NCBI GenBank assembly: GCA_046329515.1
Contig: JAXLUM010000001.1
Coordinates: 1,854,329-1,918,328, forward strand
Length of the DNA: 64,000 bases
DNA from: Chitinophagales bacterium
GTDB taxonomy: Bacteria > Bacteroidota > Bacteroidia > Chitinophagales > LD1
Direction: 5' to 3'
The notes below the pieces were generated by a model. It had not been told where the DNA came from. It made no database searches and worked only from the letters and a program-made list of their open reading frames with translations. The position numbers were made by a program, and so were the translations under genes. This document shows positions 49,514-54,467 of the stretch, piece after piece; positions within the stretch are counted from its first letter, which is position 1; the number at the start of each line of letters is the position of its first letter.

Positions 49514-50530
49514 ATGGAAGACAAACTCCGCCAAATGATTGACCGCTTAAATACTGACCGCGGCGAGAAACTATTACTAATGAAACCCGCTGCACAATGG
49601 ATGCTGGAGGCCAGCCGCACGCCGGACCCTAAACTGCTGTTCAGCACCTTTTGGCGCGAGGGCGAACTGGCTATATTGTTTGCTGATACCAACGTGGGCA
49701 AAAGCATACTGGCCGTGCAAATTGCCGATGCCATAAGCCGTGGCCAGGGCGATGAACTGTGCCGCGTGGCCGTGCCTGCCCAAAAGGTATTGTATATGGA
49801 CTTTGAACTTAGCGCCAAGCAATTTCAAAAGCGCTATTGTAATGAGGCGGGGCGCATGTATAACTTCAGCGATAACTTTATACGCGTTGAGCTTAACCGC
49901 CACATGAAGCTGCTTACTGATTTTGACGGCGCCCTGTGGGCCGGAATTGAACGCGCCATTACCGAAAGCGGCGCACGTGTGCTTATAGTTGATAACCTTA
50001 CCGCCCTAAAACTGCAAAGCACCGAAGCCGCCAAGGAGGCCATACCGCTAATGAATAACCTGCTGCAACTTAAACACAAACTGGGCCTTAGCATATTGGT
50101 GGTGGCGCACACGCCCAAGCGCAACCGCAGCAACCCCATTACCGAAAACGACCTTGCCGGCAGCAAACTTATAAGCAACCTGGCCGATACCCTTTTTGCC
50201 ATTGGCCACAGCGCCATGGGCAGCGACATGCGCTACCTTATACACGTAAAGGACCGCAGCGGCAACAAACAGTTTGGGTACGACAATGTAATTAGCTGCC
50301 GCGTAGTAAAAACCGATGCACAACTCTGCTTTATGCCGCAGGGTTACGGCCCCGAAAAGGACCACCTTAGCCCACCCGAAACCGGCGATAGCCGCGCACA
50401 ACTGGATAGCGATATTGTGGATTTGTATAACAGCAACCCCAACCTAAGCAACCGCGAAATTGCCCGGCAGTTGAATACAAACCCTATGAAGGTAACAAGG
50501 GTATTGCAACGCGAAAAGCTGCTTGATTAA
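49514..50530 (+). CDS. RecA-fold (AAA_25/RepA-like) ATPase with a C-terminal helix-turn-helix
   Basis: The 338-aa product has Walker A FADTNVGKS (nt 49685-49705) and Walker B ARVLIVDNLTAL, followed by SILVVAHTPK. The C-terminal NLSNREIARQLNTNPMKVTRVLQRE looks like an HTH. The gene is GC-rich relative to its neighbours. Confidence 0.8.
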   Translation: MEDKLRQMIDRLNTDRGEKLLLMKPAAQWMLEASRTPDPKLLFSTFWREGELAILFADTNVGKSILAVQIADAISRGQGDELCRVAVPAQKVLYMDFELSAKQFQKRYCNEAGRMYNFSDNFIRVELNRHMKLLTDFDGALWAGIERAITESGARVLIVDNLTALKLQSTEAAKEAIPLMNNLLQLKHKLGLSILVVAHTPKRNRSNPITENDLAGSKLISNLADTLFAIGHSAMGSDMRYLIHVKDRSGNKQFGYDNVISCRVVKTDAQLCFMPQGYGPEKDHLSPPETGDSRAQLDSDIVDLYNSNPNLSNREIARQLNTNPMKVTRVLQREKLLD

Positions 50531-50582
50531 GTGTAACACTGTAACAGTTGTAACACGCATAACAGCCGTTACACTGTTACAT
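50531..50582. repeat. Palindromic element, copy 1 (abuts the ATPase stop codon)
   Basis: The sequence is GTGTAACAC-TGTAACAGTTGTAAC-ACGCATAACAGCC-GTTACACTGTTACA-T, homologous to 52958-52999. Confidence 0.85.
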
Positions 50583-50691
50583 CCCTTCCGTCATTCAGTT
50601 TCTACTTTCCAAAAAAAATCTTTCGTGAACTGATGAAAAGCTTGGTTCGTGCAATTACCTATTGTACCTTAGGCATACAAAACCCCTAACT

Positions 50692-50907
50692 ATGAAAAGC
50701 AATTGTCAAAACCATGAATTTAATTTTTGGGCCAACTTATGTTTAGGCATTTACTACTTTGCTGAATACAATGATATAAGTGCTAAACGCAAAATAGACC
50801 CAATCAAAAAAATAGCTGCTAAAAATGAAGCTGCTGAAAAGTCCATAGACTTTACTCTAAAATCGCTTGGTGCTCTTATAGATTACCACAACTGTAGACG
50901 CGGATAA
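50692..50907 (+). CDS. Hypothetical small protein (71 aa from the ATG)
   Basis: The sequence is MKSNCQNHEFNFWANLCLGIYYFAEYNDISAKRKIDPIKKIAAKNEAAEKSIDFTLKSLGALIDYHNCRRG. The track start at 50662 is TTG. The ORF is AT-rich and I recognised no family; coding status is uncertain. Confidence 0.35.
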   Translation: MKSNCQNHEFNFWANLCLGIYYFAEYNDISAKRKIDPIKKIAAKNEAAEKSIDFTLKSLGALIDYHNCRRG

Positions 50908-51087
50908 TTACCCCTCGCTGCTTTGCATTTTGTCCTGAAGGTGGGCTACCATCTTTAGATATTCCTCTTTTTCCTTAGGTGGCATGGCATCCAGTTTCCT
51001 TTTGGCTTCTGCCAAAGCCTCAGGCGAAAAAAAACGCTTGAGCGCTTTTTGATGTAACGCTTCTAATTCTTCTTTGCTGCGTTCCAT
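50908..51087 (-). CDS. Hypothetical small helical protein (59 aa; below the ORF-track threshold)
   Basis: My own translation is MERSKEELEALHQKALKRFFSPEALAEAKRKLDAMPPKEKEEYLKMVAHLQDKMQSSEG. It is divergent from the methyltransferase gene. Its stop abuts the stop of the 50692 ORF (TAATTA at 50905-50910). Confidence 0.4.
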   Translation of the reverse strand: MERSKEELEALHQKALKRFFSPEALAEAKRKLDAMPPKEKEEYLKMVAHLQDKMQSSEG

Positions 51088-51223
51088 ATACTAAAGTGGA
51101 TATTAACATAAAGCAATTAGTATAAAAGTAAACAGAAATGTTTACTTCTATAATCAAATTGACTTCTTTTAAGTCGGATTGACTTATTGTAATTATGTAC
51201 CAATAGTGCCTAATACAGAGTTT

Positions 51224-51294
51224 GTCAGTCTGAGCTTGTCGAAGACGACAATCGTATTGCGCAGTTAAGCACCCTTCGACAGGCTCAGGGTGAC
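51224..51294. repeat. Inverted-repeat (MITE/REP-like) element of the GTCACCCTGAGCCTGTCGAAGGG family
   Basis: The 21-nt arms GTCAGTCTGAGCTTGTCGAAG and CTTCGACAGGCTCAGGGTGAC have 1 mismatch and 2 G-T pairs, with a 29-nt loop. The element ends 31 nt upstream of the methyltransferase ATG. The spurious ORF 51020-51334 reads HPEPVEGC through it. Confidence 0.8.
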
Positions 51295-51325
51295 AGAGCG
51301 CTATATTATAAAATGGTAATAACCC

Positions 51326-52957
51326 ATGAACCACCTGTACTTTGGCGATAGCCTTGATATACTAAAGGAACTGCATGCCCAGCACCCCGAAGGCTTTATT
51401 GACCTAATATATATTGACCCGCCTTTTAACAGCAAGCGCAATTACAATGTGTTGTTTGAAACCGTAGATATACATGATGCCAAGGCACAGAAAGAAGCCT
51501 TTGCCGATACCTGGAGCAACGTAAGTTATTTTGATACCATAAGTGAGTTAAAGGCTTCAGAATTACATCTCACTAATTTGTTAGAAGGATTACAAGCTGC
51601 TGGTATTAGTAAAAGCGCGATTAGCTATTTATCGACTATGGCTATACGTATTTTTTATATACACAAAGTATTAAAGTCTACAGGCAGTTTCTACTTGCAT
51701 TGCGACACCACCATGAGCCACTATCTTAAAATAATCTGTGATATCATTTTTGGTGTTAAGAATTTCAGAAACGATATTATCTGGAAAAGAAGTGATGCAA
51801 AAGGTGATATCAGTCAAGGCGCTAAGCACCTGGGTAGAAATACAGATAACATTCTTTTTTACACAAAATCCGATGACGCCTATATCACCCAGTTGTACAC
51901 TCCTATGACCGAAGATTACATTGATAGATTTTATAGGCACATTGAAGAAGGAACTGGCAGAAGGTATAAGCTCGATAATATGCTCGGCCCAGGTGGCGCA
52001 GCAAAAGGCAATCCATATTACGAAGTGATGGGAATAAAGAGATATTGGCGTTACAGTAAGGAAAAAATGGCTGAGCTTATTAAAGCGGGTCGCGTAATTC
52101 AGACTAACCCAGGTACAGTACCCATGTATAAAAGATATTTGGACGAATCAAAAGGTGTGCCTTTAGGTAATTTATGGATTGACATAGACCTTGTACGCGG
52201 TCATTCTAAAGAAAAGCTAGGATATCCAACACAAAAGCCTGTAGCCTTGTTAGAAAGGATTATTCAAATAAGCAGTAAACCCGGTGATTTGGTTGCTGAC
52301 TTCTTTTGCGGTTGCGGTACTACCATAGCTGCTGCCCAAAAGCTAAACCGTAAATGGATAGGCGTTGATATTAGCCACTTAGCCGTAGGCTTAATACGCA
52401 AGCGCTTAATTGATAACTATGGCGAAGAGATAAACAAGACCTTTGATATAAAAGGCTTACCTAAGGATGTTGCCAGTGCACACATGCTGGCCGAGCAGCC
52501 GCAGGGCCGTATGCGTTTTCAGGATTGGGTTATTGAAACCCTTATTGGCGGCGTAACCAACGAAAAGAAAGTGGGCGATGGCGGTTATGATGGCTACACT
52601 ACGTTAGAAGTAGAGAAGGGTAAAAAAGAGATAGTATATATTGAAGTTAAAAGCGGTAACATAAACGTTAGCACCCTGCGCAGCTTTGCTAAAACCGTGC
52701 AACAGCAAAAAGGCAGTGCCGGTATATTAGTTTGTTTTAAAGAACAAATTACCAAGGGCATGTTAAACGAAGCCAAGGGCGAGGGTTACTTCCGCGAAGA
52801 TTTATTCGGCAACCGCTTCGATAAAATACAGATAATAAGTGTAGAAGATTTACTGGATGGTAAAATGCCTGAACTGCCCCGCAGTACCGAAACAGGCCCA
52901 TTCAAAAAAGCCGAGAAAGCCGAAAAGAAAGGCAAAAGCAAGGGATTGTTTGATTAG
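51326..52957 (+). CDS. Beta-class (N6-adenine/N4-cytosine type, DPPF) DNA methyltransferase fused to a C-terminal PD-(D/E)XK Mrr-like restriction-endonuclease domain
   Basis: In the 543-aa product, motif IV IYIDPPF (nt 51416-51427) lies N-terminal to the AdoMet motif I DFFCGCGTT (nt 52298-52321), which is the beta permutation. QKP lies before motif I. The C-terminal VGDGGYDGY...IVYIEVKSG (D418/D422, E440-V-K442) fits the Mrr_cat-type D...(D/E)xK signature. Confidence 0.85.
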   Translation: MNHLYFGDSLDILKELHAQHPEGFIDLIYIDPPFNSKRNYNVLFETVDIHDAKAQKEAFADTWSNVSYFDTISELKASELHLTNLLEGLQAAGISKSAISYLSTMAIRIFYIHKVLKSTGSFYLHCDTTMSHYLKIICDIIFGVKNFRNDIIWKRSDAKGDISQGAKHLGRNTDNILFYTKSDDAYITQLYTPMTEDYIDRFYRHIEEGTGRRYKLDNMLGPGGAAKGNPYYEVMGIKRYWRYSKEKMAELIKAGRVIQTNPGTVPMYKRYLDESKGVPLGNLWIDIDLVRGHSKEKLGYPTQKPVALLERIIQISSKPGDLVADFFCGCGTTIAAAQKLNRKWIGVDISHLAVGLIRKRLIDNYGEEINKTFDIKGLPKDVASAHMLAEQPQGRMRFQDWVIETLIGGVTNEKKVGDGGYDGYTTLEVEKGKKEIVYIEVKSGNINVSTLRSFAKTVQQQKGSAGILVCFKEQITKGMLNEAKGEGYFREDLFGNRFDKIQIISVEDLLDGKMPELPRSTETGPFKKAEKAEKKGKSKGLFD

Positions 52958-52999
52958 TGTAACAGTGTAACACCCATAACAGCCGTTACACTGTTACAT
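52958..52999. repeat. Palindromic element, copy 2 (abuts the methyltransferase stop codon)
   Basis: The 14-bp arms TGTAACAGTGTAAC and GTTACACTGTTACA are perfect, with a 13-nt loop ACCCATAACAGCC. Confidence 0.9.
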
Positions 53000-53122
53000 T
53001 AAAGTCAACTACCGTATATTTATCGTCCTTGCAATTCTAAGGACCGGTGAAGAACCCATGCCTTAGTTCAATGTAGGGTGCGCCTTTCTGCAAAGAGAGG
53101 CGTTTTATCTTTCGCCCTATTC

Positions 53123-53225
53123 AATAACCCAGCTTCTTAATTAAGCGCTACACTGTATTTAAACTGTCCTCCTACACAGGAGGACGAGGAAATCCCGATA
53201 ACAATCGGGATTGACGGAGGAGGTA
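53123..53225 (+). repeat. Multi-hairpin interspersed repeat, copy B (3' 103 nt only)
   Basis: Copy B aligns with 48613-48715 of copy A with about 12-13 differences by eye. It retains the hairpins GTCCTCCT-ACAC-AGGAGGAC and ATCCCGAT-AACA-ATCGGGAT. Confidence 0.85.
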
Positions 53226-53259
53226 GTGCATTTTACCTGCCTACTTATATATTCGCCGC

Positions 53260-53907
53260 ATGAAAACAGCTAAATATCCTGCGTTAATAGTACTCGCTCT
53301 TTCGGTAAGCGCCATGCTACTGCTAAATGCCTGCAAAAAGGAAAGCCTGCCGAATTGGGATGTTCCTAAAATTAAAACCTGGACCTACAGTTTATTGCAA
53401 ACCGGTGTGCATGTTACCATGCACTACACCTACGATACTGATGGCCGCGTAACGGAGGAACTCTCTACCAATGACGCTTCCTCAACAACCTATACTAATA
53501 CGTTTACTTATAGCAATAACTATGTTTTGGTTAGCTACCATGGCACCTCGCCTGATACTATTTGGTTGAATGCCGATGGATTGAATACAGCCTTTACGTT
53601 TAATGCAGATGGCTATAGAACGGCAGGTAATAGCGGCGAAACGTATGAGTGGGTGGATGGCAATACGGCAACGGCTTACGGCAATACCGGTGATACTACC
53701 CATTTTACCTACGCTACGGATAAGCAGAATACCATAGGCTATTACAATAAGGGTATCTATACCATGGGCAAAGACTCAAAAAATCCTGTTCTTACGGCTA
53801 CCAGCTCAAGCGGGGCTATTTACAACTATACCTACACCTACGACCAACAAGGCCGTATTGCAAGCGTAACAAGCGCTACCGATACCAGTTATTATACGTA
53901 TTACTAA
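53260..53907 (+). CDS. Hypothetical lipoprotein
   Basis: The 215-aa product has a signal peptide with a lipobox-like LLNAC. It is Thr/Tyr/Asn-rich with repeated TYTY motifs. I recognised no family. Confidence 0.7.
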   Translation: MKTAKYPALIVLALSVSAMLLLNACKKESLPNWDVPKIKTWTYSLLQTGVHVTMHYTYDTDGRVTEELSTNDASSTTYTNTFTYSNNYVLVSYHGTSPDTIWLNADGLNTAFTFNADGYRTAGNSGETYEWVDGNTATAYGNTGDTTHFTYATDKQNTIGYYNKGIYTMGKDSKNPVLTATSSSGAIYNYTYTYDQQGRIASVTSATDTSYYTYY

Positions 53908-53974
53908 GCTGCAATTTACCTGCGCCAGTTGAGTTCGAATTGACGGGATTGATTCAGCATCTCGTTTAACTGAG

Positions 53975-54182
53975 ATTCCGTGTCGCAGCACGGAATGACG
54001 GGACTGGTTGTATTTTTTCCCCTCCTTGGCTAAGGAGGGGCAGAAACAGACTCCGCTTGCGGAGGATGGTTCGGGGTGGTTTGATATTACTACCACCTCT
54101 ACTTTGAAAACGCTCCGCATTTTTAAATTCTTCTCCTACTTAAAAAGGAGGAGAATCTAAACACAAGCACGGAATGACGGGA
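53975..54182. repeat. Cluster of short GC-rich hairpin repeats
   Basis: ATTCCGTG-TCGCAG-CACGGAAT lies at 53975-53996 and CCCCTCCTT-GGCT-AAGGAGGGG at 54019-54040. TTCTCCT...AGGAGGAGAA follows, and the word CACGGAATGACGGGA occurs twice (53989-54003 and 54168-54182). Confidence 0.75.
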
Positions 54183-54197
54183 ATGTGTTTTTGCATA

Positions 54198-54363
54198 CTA
54201 CCCCCTCCGCCATACTTCGTATGGCTCGTCCCCCTGTCCCGAAGTATCGGGAGGGGGACAATAACCTAACTTCTTAGTTAAGCGCAGTACTGTATTTAAA
54301 CTGTCCTACTACACAGGAGGACGAGGAAATCACGATTGCAATCGGGATTGACGGAGGAGGTAT
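54198..54363 (+). repeat. Multi-hairpin interspersed repeat, copy C (full length, 166 nt, with an extra nested hairpin)
   Basis: Copy C has the same architecture as copy A, plus an inserted TCCCGAAGTATCGGGA hairpin inside the GTCCCCC/GGGGGAC stem-loop. Confidence 0.85.
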
Positions 54364-54467
54364 TTAATTCCTCCCTCTGCCTCACTGCGTTCGGCTTCTC
54401 CCTCCAAAGGGAGACAGGTTTGCCCTCCGCGATGGAGATGGTTTTACTAACCCCGCCTCCCAACTAC

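Larger units (their letters stand above)
48564..53226 (+). other. Putative horizontally acquired accessory island (five ORFs, mosaic composition, no recombinase)
   Basis: The region is bracketed by repeat copies A and B. It lies between rocD plus its terminator and a lipoprotein gene. Spot GC counts differ strongly from the backbone (see findings). Confidence 0.5.

Noticed and set aside
49492-50401. Four long minus-strand ORFs (108-131 aa) inside the ATPase gene
   Set aside because: They are by-products of the GC-rich, stop-poor composition of this gene. The plus-strand frame carries Walker A/B motifs and an HTH. The antisense products are Ala/Arg/Leu-rich low-complexity sequences. They are useful only as a symptom of atypical composition.
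51020-51334. 104-aa minus-strand ORF containing HPEPVEGC
   Set aside because: It reads through the palindromic repeat element at 51224-51294, and that peptide is the typical spurious translation of this repeat family. It also overlaps the better small ORF at 50908-51087 out of frame.
48564-53226. Recent site-specific integration, with repeat copies A and B as attL/attR
   Set aside because: No integrase or recombinase is present in or next to the island. The shared 103 nt differ at about 12-13 positions, whereas fresh att duplications are identical. A third copy lies 1 kb away, so a dispersed repeat family is more parsimonious. An ancient, decayed integration cannot be excluded.
53806-54120. 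104-aa minus-strand ORF (…HPEPSSASGV…AKEGKK)
   Set aside because: It is a translation of the GC-hairpin repeat cluster and of the 3' end of the lipoprotein gene. It is a repeat artefact.
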